64,000 nt of DNA from the human T2T-CHM13v2.0 reference genome, Homo sapiens: NCBI RefSeq assembly GCF_009914755.1, contig NC_060932.1, one strand, 5' to 3'. How positions within the stretch are numbered: position 1 is the stretch's first letter; every line of letters starts with the position of its first letter. Shown here one piece after another: positions 1 to 18,201 of this stretch. A program made the translations under genes and the position numbers. Under the pieces are notes generated by a model, which was not told the origin of the DNA, made no database searches, and saw only the letters and a list, made by a program, of their open reading frames with translations.

Positions 1-596
1 TCACTATTGTTTTCCAAGTGCCAAGAATAATACCTGCCACATAGGAAGCAGCTTAATACACATGTACCGAATAACTGAATTTCACTTCGAGCAATCTGAC
101 CTACAGAAATAGATGCACAAAGGTGGATGACCAAGAACATTCATTATGGAATTTAAAAATATTTATGTATCTATTTATTTATTGGGAATAGGTTAAATTA
201 TTTATTTATTGGGGAAATAGGTTATTTATTTACTTATTGGGAAATAGGTTAAATATGGTACATTTTACTATGACTAAAATAAGACTGTTAAAAAGAATGA
301 AGTAAAATCTATATGTACTGCCACAAATGTATTTATGCTATCGTGTGTGAATGGGAAGAAAACGTCTGATACTTATGTTTAGAAAACCCTTAAAAAATGT
401 ATTATTATATATGTTTATAACTATATAGAAAACGTTATAAAAGGCTACCTATCAAACTATGAACAATGGTTATCTCTGATGAGGAGATGAAGAATTGAAG
501 GGATGTAGGAAGAATTTCACTCTGCTATCTTTTTTGTATTGTATTGTATTGATTGTATTCTATGACTTTTCTTTACTACATTAGATGGCATTTTAA

Positions 597-1172
<576 letters not shown>

Positions 1173-1441
1173 AGTAAAAACCATTTCACATAGAAATTAC
1201 CAGTGTCCCCTCTCTCCTTTTTATGACTAGCCACTGGACACTCAAAGTTTAAGCACATTTTATCACTATCTTCTTCCTACTACTCTTCTTTGCTCAAGAA
1301 GTACCAAACTCTCAACATGGAAAGTTTTAACATTTTACCACAAATTCCTGCTGATTTTATCCCTAGAACTATACCCTACTGAAGCATTCCTGAAAAGCCA
1401 GGTTCTGGTCTCTTCCACCCCCCACCACCATCCCATGCTAC

Positions 1442-1711
1442 CTTCTTAATGCTCCTTTTGGTCCTGAGGCCCCAGCCTCTCCGCTCCGTTTTGATGATCT
1501 CTGCATCAGGGTATAGTCTCTTTGTAAAGCACTGGTTCTGACAACGATCTCCAGCTGGGCACACCTGCGGGTGGCATTCATACTGCAACATTCTGTTCAG
1601 GCACTCCGATTCCAAGCCACAAGGGTTTTCATCAGCTGGCTTGCAGTTACAGCGGGGAATCTCTGACAGGTCAGCAACCTGGATCTGCACCTTTCCTATT
1701 ACTTTGTTAGC
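1442..1711 (-). CDS. NSD3: NSD3 exon 19, AWS domain and start of SET (CNCKP...CQNQCFTK...RGWGLRT)
   Basis: 270 nt, tctag|GCT ... AAG|gtagca; AWS cysteines and the SET GWGL motif. Confidence 0.96.
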
Positions 1712-2347
1712 CTAGAAAACAAAATCGCAAGCGAGAGAGAGGCAGCAGGTAAGTCATCTGGCAATGTGAACAGGAACATCTAAAACATCCACGCTACTGC
1801 CTCGTGGTGCTACTCCGAGAAAGGTTGTCTTTCCTGATGAATAAGCTGAGATTAATAACCATCTCTTTTGTCATTTAGTTGACAAAAATATCAAAGCCTC
1901 ATGTGAATTTTCACTTATTTATCCTGGGTATTTCTACTTTCACTAGATGGAAATTTCATAACTGAAAACAAGAGAAAATACGCTTGTTTGTGGGTTCTCT
2001 GAAATAAAGGGAGTAAACACCTATATTCTCATTTGGTGGCGGGATAACCTGGTAGAACAAGAACAGGATTTCACATAAGACATGTTGCTACTAGGTATGA
2101 GAGGACTTATCAAAGACCTAATTTTCACAGCACAATAACTATGGCTCCCATTTGATGCTTCCAACAGAAGCTCTGTTTTACAGAAGACTGTGATAATTAG
2201 CAAAAGTTTGCACAAGTCAAAGAGGGTCTTTAACTACTAAAGAGTAATGCATTTCGTCTCATCTATTAAATAACAATGCTTTCATAGTAAAGACTTACTT
2301 TGTTTCTTATTTTATTTGGCAATCCCAGGCCAGAGATAAAGACTTAC

Positions 2348-2460
2348 TTTGATGTGTTTGTAGGGAGGGGGTTTTCTTGAGTTTTTTTCAATCTCTAGGG
2401 CTTCTTTACTTTCTCTTTGTGCTTTCAATTCCTGGAAACGTTTTGCAGCTTCTTCCAGTG
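2348..2460 (-). CDS. NSD3: NSD3 exon 18 (LEEAAKRFQELK...PPPYKHIK)
   Basis: 113 nt, ggcag|CA ... AAA|gtaagt. Confidence 0.94.
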
Positions 2461-2770
2461 CTGCCAATAAGATGATACAAAGTATGTAAATACCAAAAAC
2501 CAAAGGAAAATTGATGGGATAGTAGTTTTACGCTGCCTTCCCAATGCTTTGCATCTGGCCTGAGATTTTTCTTTTTAGAATTATTTTCTGGAAGTTACTG
2601 TTTACCACCAGGATGGGGTAACAAAGAAATAGGATATAACTCACTGAACACTATGCTCTGTGCATGCTGTAGCCACAGGGAAGAGGCTCTACTTCAATGA
2701 TCAGAAGTCTCCAAGTGACCCTAAGAGCAGCTTTTTGCCTTGTAATAGATTTAAATTCATTTTACCCTTA

Positions 2771-3205
<435 letters not shown>

Positions 3206-3429
3206 TTATAGAAAGACACTGAAGAAATTCCTTTCAAATACACAGCACAGTCTACAATATTGAAATGTATTTTAAACCTGGTTCTAATGTGACTGGAAGC
3301 TTATGGACACAGGATCATAATGTCTAGTGAAAATTCTCTAATACCAGAAATATTAGGGAGGTGAGGAGATGTTGAGAAACTGACACCGGAGTTGTAGTTT
3401 TGAGTCACTGTAAACATCATCCAGCTTAC

Positions 3430-3632
3430 CCTTTTTGAAGGTCTTGTTAATACTAGTCTGCCCTTCAGCAAAGCTTTTGTCTCCTTCAACATAAGGGAAC
3501 ACTCTGCCCTGGTGTACCCAGTAGTAGTCATGAGAACCAAAGAAGAATACAGGGAAGTCCCCCAAGTCATGTTTAAGGCCCTGGATGTTCAGTGGCACAG
3601 ACCTGGGGTTGCAGATCTCTGCTGGCCACCAT
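3430..3632 (-). CDS. NSD3: NSD3 exon 17, PWWP2 (WWPAEICNP...[11 protein letters not shown]...TFKK)
   Basis: 203 nt, ttcag|A ... AAGG|gtaagc. Confidence 0.95.
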
Positions 3633-5319
3633 CTGAAAACAAAAGCAATTTTAGATCAAGAGGGCAAAAACGAAACAAAAAACCACTATTTACAAGATTG
3701 GCAGAAGGGAAAAAAGTTTTTGTATTTTGCAATTTTCATTCAGATTCTAAGAACATAAAATACCACACATCATTATAAAAAGTAATTAATGAAATAGTGA
3801 ACACAGACTAAACAAATTAGGCCCTAAACACCTGATCTACTTTCTTTTAAAAAATATTTCATATTTATAAAATATATATCATGAAAATGTTCTAAAATGT
3901 AATAATACTGAACCTACTACCCAATGATATTCCAAACCTAATTTCAATCCTAGAAAAGTCATGTTTCCCCCCAAACTTAATACTGAGATTATCTTTCAAG
4001 GTATAACAGTTTATTTCTAGTAGTCAATGGAATCATTTTGAGAATAAACTGATGCTATCATAAAGAATGGCCACTCCCATTCAAATCAGCATTTAGTCTC
4101 GAGTCAACCTGGGCAAACACCTCTTGGTCAAATGTACTAGGTTTTATATCACTTTGTATTTCAGAATCTAATTCATCTTAGATCATAATTAAACATGGAA
4201 TAGTGGACAGAATGAAAATATAACTGTTTCAGGCTATGATAATTGAATACTACAGCAGTCACTAAATGAAACCATCTGTGAGGAAATCTGACAGTTTCTA
4301 GCAAGCAGACAAGTTAAGAATTGAATGATGAAGCTAACAGTCAGAAAATGAGGCCAACCTCATGGGCTTTTGTAGTAAATATACATAGACTTAAATTTTT
4401 TGAATCTCTTATTTTACATATGCTTAATAAAACAATTTTTAACACATAACTGTATTATTGAGAAGATAAATGATGACATGATTGCACTCCCAGATTTATA
4501 TTGCAGAACTTGATAAAGTGTCACCTGAAAGGTACTCTGCTGTTCATCTAAGAATTGAAAACATGGGTAAGAATCCATGCGCAAATTGTAAACAAAACAA
4601 AAACCAATATTTTCTGTGATTGATACTTGGTTCGTTCTCAAAGCAGGCTCTATTTATTTCTAAACAACTTTAAGGTAATTAAATATGTATACAGTTACTG
4701 CCTTCACTAACGTCAGTTAGGAAGAGTCACATGTTCTGCCTGGGTTTGTTCCAGGTCCTCATATTTTCCCCCAAGAAGCAACACATTGGAATAACTAGTT
4801 ATTGAAAATAAACAGCTTCATGCAGCCCCACTGGGCCTGACTGGAAAGAAATACATTAAGAATTAGTTCACGGATGGAAGTCTTTCCAAAACATACAAGA
4901 AGAATCTGACCTAGATATAAGATCTCACTGGACTGTGAATTTAATTGGAGCACTGTTTTGGGTTTCTTTAAAATGTAATATAATTAAAATTTAAGTGTTA
5001 AAATAAATCAAAGACATTTTTATATCCATAACTTTAAAAAAATTGAAGTTTATTTGAAGATCTGAAGGCTTCTTACATTGTTTTAGATATTTCTTATCTA
5101 GAAATGTCTTAAATGTATTAATTTTCAAACTGTGCACCCTTCTCCATGCCAGAAAGATACATATTTTTCAATTATGAAAGCAGTATGCACTTCTTCTAAA
5201 AATTAAAACAATGCAGAAATGTATAGTAGAAAAGTGAAAATGCCTCTTCTTGTAATCTCATCCTTGACACTATTAACATTAGATGTATTTCTTCCCAGGT
5301 ATTAAAAACATACTGTATT

Positions 5320-6140
<821 letters not shown>

Positions 6141-6224
6141 TCAATACCCCAGATCTCAGCTAAAAATGAAGTTCTAAAATTTAAATGGGTAAACATGTCT
6201 AACATATGTAAAAGAGAGAGAACA

Positions 6225-6924
<700 letters not shown>

Positions 6925-7039
6925 CTAGGATTCTAACTGAAAAGCAGAACTCTATTGTGCTATCTTGAATAGTATCTATTTTCTTTGTAAAATGATAAAT
7001 ATATGCCTCAAAATGTAGAGTTTTTTAGTTTAATTGTGT

Positions 7040-7349
7040 TTTTTTGTTGTTGTTTTTTTCTGAGACAGGGTCTTGCCCTGTTGCCCAGCCTGGAGTGCAG
7101 TGGCACAATCATGGCTCACTGTAGCCTTAACCTCCTGGGCTCCAGCAATCCTCCAGACTTAGTTTCCCGAGTAGCTATGATGCTACCACACATGGCACGC
7201 CACTATGCCCAGCTAATTTGTATATATTTTGTAGAGACAGAGTTTTGTCACGTTGCCCATGCTGGTCTTGAACTCCTCAGCTCAAGCAATCCACCTGCCC
7301 CAGCCTCCTACAGTGCTAGGATTACAGGCATGAACCACTGTACCTGGCC
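7040..7349 (-). mobile_element. Alu (J-like)
   Basis: Reverse Alu consensus. Confidence 0.88.
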
Positions 7350-7621
7350 AAGTTTTAAAACTGTATCACTATACCTGTTCAGCAAAGGCTCGTTGAAGCC
7401 TTAAAGGAGAAAGTACTATTAAAATAATGGTACTCACATACTTCCTGCTTCATTCCCTTAAGACTAAAGCCTCTTAATGGAATAATCTCTCCTTAAATTC
7501 TAAAAAGTTTTCTCTTTACACATGGTTTAGGGCTAAAATGGACGAGATTCAGGGGCAAAGAGCTATTTTGACCAGAATATAAACTTGATTTTATTAGAAA
7601 TCAGAAATCAACATATATCTA

Positions 7622-8550
<929 letters not shown>

Positions 8551-8749
8551 AATTCAATAATGAATTAGGAACATAACCTTCCCAACCCCTTAAGAACCCA
8601 GCCTCAAAACATGGTTCTTTTCTTTTTTTTTTTTAAGGAAGTAGGTCCATGCTGTCTACCTATCTATCTCCAAGTCACTCTGTATCCAGAGTATGAAACT
8701 GGTCTGCACAATGATTGAATACTTCCTCTTTGTTCTTGGAAAAACTTGC

Positions 8750-8906
8750 CTGTAATTTCCCAATTTGACCCAAACAATCTGCTTGTAATGTAGTTTCTTG
8801 CCAGCTTTACAGTCATTACAATTCCAGCAGCCTTCTGGCATTTCTATGCTTAGGCATTCCGGGTGGAAGGAAGCTGGGCACGATTCACAGCAGAGCAATC
8901 TTCCAC
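8750..8906 (-). CDS. NSD3: NSD3 exon 16, PHD4 remainder and PWWP2 start; GC donor
   Basis: 157 nt, tcaag|GT ... TACAG|gcaagt; [15 protein letters not shown]...[10 protein letters not shown]. Confidence 0.94.
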
Positions 8907-9603
8907 CTTGAAACAAATAAACAGTCTTAATAACTGAGAAAAGAGGAGAGAGAAAAAGAAAGAAAAAGGAGAAAGTTATCTTTTCAGCACATTAAATTTG
9001 TTTCAAATTGGGGGAAAATAACAAAGGGACTGAGTCATATCTACAGTGATGGATTAAAATAGCAAGTGAACGTATTTAGCTACTTTTCAGGGTTTCAGTG
9101 GCCAGAAACTCAGAGCTTCTGAGTAGTACCAAAAGCATCCATGTACTCTTTACTCCTTTAAACTATGGGCTACTGAGGTATCAGTTTAGAAGCTAAACTC
9201 TTAACATATGACCAAATTGAAGCATAAAATCTTTTGACTGAGTAGATTTGAGAGGTTTTTCAAACATGTAAGTAGCAACTTTCTTTTCTCCTTCAGAGGT
9301 AAGAAAGAAAGCAAGTCATCGTTGTATTTTAATCCAGTGCCATGGTTAACTAAATTCCTTTACAATATAATTAGCAAGCAAAAAAATAGCCAATAGGTTG
9401 ATCAGTACTTTTTTCTTTCCATAAAGAATACAAAAAGCAAAAGGAACACAGAATCTCAAATTGGTGATTATGTTATCATTACCTTTTGGTGAAGATTTAC
9501 AGGCTATACAGCAGTGGTTTGCAACTTTTTCATCACCAAGGATTCCCTTTTCCCTCCTCATGAACCCACATAATTTCAAATATTTTATCAACAACCAAAA
9601 AAC

Positions 9604-9625
9604 CTCTCTTTCTCTCTCTCTCTCC

Positions 9626-9676
<51 letters not shown>

Positions 9677-9700
9677 TGTATTCTCTCTATATATATACAT
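9604..9700. repeat. Compound (TC)n(TG)n(TA)n microsatellite
   Basis: Direct reading. Confidence 0.9.
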
Positions 9701-9713
9701 ATACAGAGAATAT

Positions 9714-9843
<130 letters not shown>

Positions 9844-11481
9844 TAAAAGTAACAATTTCTCCGATTTTTATTAACCAAAGAAATATATAACTGCCAATCA
9901 GAGATTCTGATCCCAATAACAAAACTAGTATTATCCCATTAAATTGTTAAAATCATAGCCAAATTTTAAAAACTCATGCAGTTTGATTCTGTACAAATGT
10001 GTAATTGTTAGATTTTCTGAAATATTAAACATAGTTCAAAAATTTTGTTTACATAAGTCTCTTCTGACTTCATATTGAGAACCACTGCTTTATAGCATAA
10101 AATTAAGTAGTTATCAGTATAGAATGAAGTACCATATGCAAGGAGCTAATTCCAAGTTCCCTATCAAAACTCTTTCCTTTTAGATACACAAAATACTCTC
10201 TGGATTGAGACCAAAACAGGTGTGGCAAACAAAATAGTTGTAAATGCTAAGAAATATGAAATTCTGGGAGGAAATTAGGTATTTCTAATATGTATTTCAA
10301 TACGTGACAGCGAATGTTAACCACTGAAGATGAAATATAATAAAGACAAATATTTATTGAAAAAAATTGATCTTTTCATTGGAAAATCAGGTCTATAACC
10401 CATGAGTGTACGAAGATTTAAAGTCTCATAAGCAAAAGGGTAAGAGCCCTCTATGCAACTTTATCAAATCACATGCTCCAACCTTCTGAGGGCTTGCTAC
10501 CAATTTTCCAGAAAATCTTGTCTTCCTATAAATTTTCAAACTTCTGATTAACATAAAAACAAAAAGAAAATCCATATACAACCCATGATGAATTAAATCA
10601 CTGTATTTCCTCTGCTTAAAAGCTTTTACTTCAATCATCAAGATTTTTTTTCTGGGACTACATCTCAGTATAGATTAATTGATTCAATTTACCAACCTAG
10701 AGATCAGATGCCCAAGTGCTCTACACTTAGGGAGGGAATTTGTCTATAAATTTAAAGTAAAATGAGATTATTCATTTTTTTTTTCCATCAGAAAGGAATG
10801 ACCAGCAGGGAGAAAAGTCTGCAAACAGCTTTAGAGGACATGTGATTATTAGTACTGACCTAGAAAAGTCAGGCTGGCCATTTTTAACATTATGGAATAG
10901 TTCTTAATTTTAAGTCTTATTTCAGAGGAAATACAGAGCCAGAATCATCAGAGAAAATCATCATGATAAAGATGCTTAAAATACACAAGGGAAATAAAAA
11001 AAAATGTGAATGGTCCACCTTGGTGCTATGCAAGAAAACTAGGATACAAGAGAAGTAAGATATGGTTCAAGTTAAGCAAACAGAGGGCTCAAAATAATTT
11101 CAATTCATGTCAAAGTTAATACTGAGTACTGAAAACAAAGTAAGCAACAATTGAATTAATCTAATTTTATATAGGTACCAGCAAGAAAATAAAGCATTTC
11201 CTAAAATGTCTCAGGCAGAATAATTATGGAGTAAGTCAAACCTATGTTCATTTTTTTGTTTTGGAAGTAGGCAGTATTATCAATAAGGTGATATAATCTG
11301 ACTGCAGAAAACAGACAAAAAAGCCAGTACTCTCTCCAATACTTCTAATATGTTCCAATCGACTTGCTTAGTCTCACTTTCTTTTAGTCATGAGTTGCCA
11401 CTTCAGATGTCTGACAAAGAGCAAAGATACATCAAACAGGCAACACAAAGAATTTTTTCAAAAGCCCATTTCAAATACACC

Positions 11482-11484
<3 letters not shown>

Positions 11485-11512
<28 letters not shown>
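11485..11512. repeat. (TG)n microsatellite
   Basis: Direct reading. Confidence 0.9.
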
Positions 11513-11516
<4 letters not shown>

Positions 11517-12397
11517 GAGTATATTAGTTATGAATGAAGTTTTCTTTAAAGATTCTGAACTTGGCCCCAGATCATAATGGGAATGTACACAGGAAAAGGC
11601 CCTCACCTTTCAAGCTCATTTATTTTTCCCAGTGGGATAATAACTCCCCAAATAATACATCATTGTTAAATCATTTTTATAACAGGTAGGCTATGGAAAA
11701 CTAAACACAATATAAAGTTTTCTTCCATAGGTTAAATTAACTGGGAGAACAGAAATATCCATTTAGCTCTTGGTACTGTGTGGATAATTATCCATCAGCA
11801 ATTCAGCTGGGCTGCCTTCCAGCATCCAGTATTAGGGGTATTCTCCCCAACCAGCTTCCCACCAATGTCTCCTAAGGGAAGGGCAACTAGTTTTCATAGC
11901 ATCTTAACCAAACATTTAAGAAGCCCAATGACAGAACATATTCTAAAAGCAAACTTTCAAGTATCAGTATCTTAGTTTCCCTCTTTTAATAACCTACCTT
12001 GTTATTTAGTTGAAAGTTAGTAACAAATTATACCCTATCTTTTCTATTCCAACTTGAATGATAGTTTCACACCAGGAAAAAGAGAAAGAACATTTAGAAT
12101 ATGATTCTATATTTATACTGACCAAAATCCTAGTCTTCCTATTTTAATAACTTATAAATATGGAATGTGTAAAAATTTATTCAAGGGAAGAGTATGTAAA
12201 AATGTGCAACAATGGAATTATTTTAAGCCCTTTTTAATAATTGTGCAGCCATATGAAGAAACAGTCACAACCACCAAGGCAGAATTTACCAAAAGCAACA
12301 GATGGTGCTTGACAGGCATACATTTCCCCCCTATATTGAAAGAGAAAAAAATAGGAAATGCAAAAATAAAAGCAAGAGAAACTATTTTGATTATTAC

Positions 12398-12544
12398 CTT
12401 TCTCACATTTCTTTTTGGAAGCTGACGAAGAAGGAATCATAGGTAATTTCATCAACTCAGCACGATTTGATTCATTCAGTAGGTAGTGGGACTTATAGGC
12501 ATATGAACTGAACATGGGGTCTGAATGGTCCTGAACTATCAGCC
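12398..12544 (-). CDS. NSD3: NSD3 exon 15, 147-nt frame-preserving insert within PHD4
   Basis: tatag|GG CTG ATA...GAG AAA G|gtaata; LIVQDHSDPMFSSY...KKKCEK; phase 1-1. Confidence 0.88.
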
Positions 12545-13127
12545 CTATACGAAACAAACAGAAAGAGATGAGCTGCAATGAAACTACCCATGATTCCATG
12601 AGGAAAAAATAAACCAACACCTATTATGTATGCTTCAAAGCTGGGGTGGGGAGGGCGAAAATGAGAATATGAAGAAAAAAGAAAGATCTGACAGAAAGGT
12701 TTTCTACAGTTTTCAAAGGGAGTCTGAACTACTCAATTCCTTATCCCTATATATTATAGAAACCTAAATTCTGCAGAAGAAAACTTCAAATAATTTGAAG
12801 ATATAAACACTTGACATCATACAGAAAACCCCTTAGGGAAAACAAAGCTACACTGCTTCGTATTTGGATGTACAATGACGACAGCCCAAAGAACAAAATG
12901 ATATTATATATCATGTAATGAGATAGAAATAAGAATCATTTACATAAGTAGACCCTGATCTACCTTCAATATATCAAGTAGCACTTTAATGCAGAATGGA
13001 AGTCTCTCCTTTTTTCTATTCATATCTTCAGACATACTCAAAGAAATCCTAACTTTCTCTGCCAGATAATGAAACTCTTCTCTATCAATATGGTACATGT
13101 TTTATTTCATTTTATATTATATATATA

Positions 13128-13421
13128 TTTTTTGAGACAGAGTCTTGCTCTGTCACTCAGACTGGAGGGTAGTGGTGTGATCATGGCTCATTGCACCTTT
13201 GAATTTCTGGGCTCTAGCGATCCTCTGGCCTCAGCCTCCCGAGTAGCTGGGACTACAGATACATGCCACCACACCAGGCTAATTTTTAAATTTTTTTGTA
13301 GAGATGGGGTCTATAATAGCTTTTGTGCCCAGGCTGGTCTCTAACTTCTAGCCTTAAGTAATCCTCCCACCTTGGTCTTCCAAAATGTTGGGATTACAGG
13401 CATGAGCCACTGTGCCAGGCC
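13128..13421 (-). mobile_element. Alu (J-like)
   Basis: Reverse consensus; flanking tggtacatg repeat. Confidence 0.88.
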
Positions 13422-13923
13422 TGGTACATGATTTTAAAGGAGCCATAATTTCCTGAACTTTACTGAGGTAATGCAAACATTTTCATTTTTTCCCTGCCAC
13501 AATATAAAAGGATTACCAACTTAAGCGTTAATAAAAACAATCTTTTTGATCTACCAATTACAGCTATGCTACTTGGAGGAAAACACTAAAGCTACCTGTG
13601 GTTCCCTCTTCTTTCCCTTACCCCTCCCCCAGTTAATTCATGATGTAGCTATAAGCCACTCCTAAACCTAGGCAACTGTGAGACCAGGGGACATTTCTCT
13701 ATCCTCTATCTTGGTTACTGGATCAGTGTATAATGATGTAGGATTTACAATACAAATTACGGCAGCAGTTTTATTTAAGAGATCATTTTGAAGGGGAGGG
13801 AAATTACCATTTACTTTTTTCTGTGGGCATTGTCTTCATACTCTACACTGAGACGAATTCAAGAAATATCTCTGACCTAAATAACAGAATGGAACTTGAA
13901 ATTACTAACAATATGACAATCTT

Positions 13924-14545
<622 letters not shown>

Positions 14546-15654
14546 TTATATAATGTTGAAATGAACTTTGTACATTTAATAGAGGGAGATGGAGTAGTGT
14601 AAAGGAATATGGGCTTTGAAATAAGAAGGATTAAGTACAAATACTAGTCCCTCCATTTAACAACTTGTGTGTCATTAGGTAAATTATTTAATCTAGGTTT
14701 CAGTGTTCTCACCTGTATACTATGGAGAGATAACTTCTTAGGGAAACTGTGGCAATTCATTCAGATAATGTTTAGTAAAGTTTGACTTACATATGCAAAA
14801 TAAATTGCTATTATTTACTGTTAAAATGAAAAGAAAACTCCAGCCTACATTATCCATTTAAAATTACCATTACAAAGAAAGGCATAGAATGTTAAGTAAC
14901 TTATTTTACACAACCCTCTAAGATGAAAGGAGATGCTAAAGAATGTGCACTACACTGAAAAATGTCCGCACACTTCTTGTGACTCCACGATTAGGTGGCA
15001 TGTGGAAGAGGAGTGATGTCAAACCCTGAAACATTTCAAAAAATATTTCCAGACATTGTAGTCCTTAAGAAATAGCTTAATGATTTTAAACACCCAATAA
15101 CCAAGAACTAAGAGAAAATCTATGTGGAGGGAAAAATTCTGTATAAGGCAAGAAACAAGCAAAACAAGCTAAGTTTTCTAATACCCAAACAGAAATGACT
15201 AAAGTGCTCCTTTCTGTGTGTGGATTTATTACAGTTATGTCTCCTTAAAAAAGGTGACCTTTATAAATACTTATAAAAGAACACATATTATTTACTTCTG
15301 AAAGACTTTTGATTTAAGCCTTCCCAGCATCTGATCTATTTAGAGTAAGTCTTTGTCAAATGCTAGAAAATAAAATGAAGGTTATGTTTACCATACAAAG
15401 TTTCACAGTTAAAATATGTGGGAATTAAATAATTTTGCTTAAACAGGCATTTAAATTCAGTAAATATTCCTGGATAACCGTCAAATTGTTAAGATGTAAA
15501 TACAGATTCTGTTGTTAAACATGGGTTTTCCCTCCACTTACATTATTCTCAGAATTTAATCAAGTTATGTAAGTTAAATTTAACAAAGTGGCTAGAGTTT
15601 CTATAAGCGTACAATTTTCTAGCTGTCCTAAATTGAAAATACTATATTTTGTTT

Positions 15655-15887
15655 CACAACTCACTGCAGTCTTGAACTCCTGGGGTCAAGTGATCCTCCC
15701 TCCTCAGCCTCTCGAGTAGCTGGGACCACAGGCACACACCACCATGCTTGGCTAATTCCTTTATGTTTTGTAGAGATGGGGTCTTGCTATGTTGCCCAAA
15801 CTGGTCCTGAACTCCTGGCCTTAAGCAATCCTCCTGCCTCAGCCTCCCAAGTGTTGGGATTACAGGCGTGAGCTACTGTGCCCAGCC
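15655..15887 (-). mobile_element. Truncated Alu
   Basis: Reverse consensus. Confidence 0.85.
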
Positions 15888-17540
15888 TGAAAATACCTAT
15901 TTTAAAGGTATCCCAATTATTGAATGAAGTAGAGCAAAAGAGAATATTAATTAATCTACTGATGGCATTTGATTCAGAATGTGCCCCAACATAAGCCAAC
16001 ATAATAGTTATAAACTTGATATTAAAATGCGGGCTAAATTATGCATGCTTATACACTGACAGGAAATGTCAGTGCCCAGCAATGGTAGCATAGAGTTTGC
16101 AAAGCAATAAGAGACTTTATGTTATCACTGCCACTCATCCGTTTAAAAGACTCTAAAGCTAAACATTCAACTGATAATACAATAATTTTTTCTTCTAATC
16201 ATTACTTTCTTAGGAATGCAGAGATGGGAAAGGCAATGAGTGACACCTTTTTATTTATTATTTGCCCACCTGTTACGATATAGCAGGAAACATTTCAGAC
16301 CTACTCCTCCATGATACCAGCCAGGTTTCAGAGCAGGATACATTTGACACTGCTGTAGTTAAGAAAGACACAGTACTTCCTGCTCCAAAGGCAGACAGTC
16401 ACATGTGCTTATAAAACAGGCAAACAGAAAGTAGTGTCTACTACAGACCCTGCTAGCTACTCCACAAAGGACTACGATTTATTTAATCTTTTACTGCCTA
16501 CCTCCAAGTAATGTTTTCATAATGAGAGACACAAAAGCAAAACCACCTAAGATCTATCATACTACCTAAATTCTATTTTAGAAAGTTGTTATAGTACTTT
16601 CACCAAATTAAAATAACTGTCTCCTAAAGCAAAAGCAACCAACCAAACAAAAACCACTTTCATGTTCAGTATGGTCTAAATAGAATCTAACAAGCATGAT
16701 GGGCCTTAGAGGCCTTGAGAATAGTTCAGAGGGAAAGTCAGAAAACTTTGCACTTAAAAACAAACCAAAGCAATATTTAGGGATATTAGTTAGTTTTTAT
16801 AATGCTTACTAAGTACCAAAAAAGTTTTATTATAATATGGCTTGAGATAAAGCCAGATATTCTGTATAACATTCAACTAAAGAAGTTTGATTTTATATTT
16901 ATCATGAACCCAAGTTCACTGACCCCCGTAGGGCTACAGTATTGTTTTTAGTTGATCAATCTCTTGGTGTACTTAAACGTCAACAGCTGGCAACAAGAAA
17001 GCCCACATGGCTGGCTCTGAACTAACACCACCACATATGCTGCCTTGGCTGTGTCCCATCAGGCCCTCCTCAATGCCAGACCAAAACATTATGATAAAAT
17101 ACAGCATAAACAACTGAAAAATGGATGTGCTAGTTTTGCCTTCCAAGTGAAATCTCAATCAGTTGAAAGTTCTGGTTTAAGATTATGAAATGGGAAGGAT
17201 CTACTTTGAATAGAAGAGTTGTTTGCAGAAGGGAAAAGATTAATCTTTTAATGCTCCAAACAGAAAAACTAAGAACTTAACTATAATTCTGTTATTTTTA
17301 GAAATGCAGATTTTAGCTTAACTTATGGAAGAATTAGTATTCTAACACTTTGGACATCTAGCATTATAAAAGTTACTGGAAATGTTCATCTCTCTCAGGG
17401 ATATATTACAGTGGAATTCTGCACTGGGTAGGAGATTCTACTAGATGGCCTGAGTTCTTTCCCAATGCTGAGACTCTATGTTAATGGAGAAATATGCCAA
17501 TGACCTCAAAAATAAATGAAGAGAAAAGTCAGACACTCAC

Positions 17541-17711
17541 CTCTGGCACAAACGAAACAAAAGCCTACATTTACAGCAGAAGAATTACTGCTCCGTTTGG
17601 AATGATTACTACAGATGAGAATGTAGGAGGATACTAACATGCTTCCGGCCGCAATGCAAGCATCTCCAGAGTGATAGGCAACTGGACATCTTAAACATCT
17701 CATCATGCGGC
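17541..17711 (-). CDS. NSD3: NSD3 exon 14, PHD3 end and PHD4 first CxxC
   Basis: 171 nt, aacag|GC ... AGAG|gtgagt; RCLRCPVAYH...CFVCAR. Confidence 0.95.
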
Positions 17712-18201
17712 CTGTTTAAAGACAAGTCAAAAAGGAATCTAATAAGGCATCAGCGGGACATAAAAATAAGTTTCTGGAGTTGGGCTTTTTTGGGTCCCTC
17801 TGAGATGCTAGTTACAGTAGATGGAAAGCATTTTTTTCTTCCCTAGTCTGGCTCTGTCATCCTATGCTATATGGCCCCTAAATGTAAGCCTAATAGTCAC
17901 GTAGAGATCATCCAAAGAAAAAATTATTTGTTCCAATGCTGCAGAGACGGTGGTATCCAATATGGCACCTACCTGAAGGACTTTCAAGGGTATTTTGAAC
18001 ACATGGAATTTTCTTCTCATGGTCTGAATTTAGAATGTAATCTCTACTTAACATGTACTGTGTATGTACTGTGGCTGAACTGTTAAAGCTAGAGATACAC
18101 AGAAGAAGAATGCCTTATGTTGTTTGTAATATATGCTTGATAATGTTATTTGCCACTGCCCTTAAAACAAAAATCTTTGTCTCCTTCTTCAGCTGTTTTA
18201 C

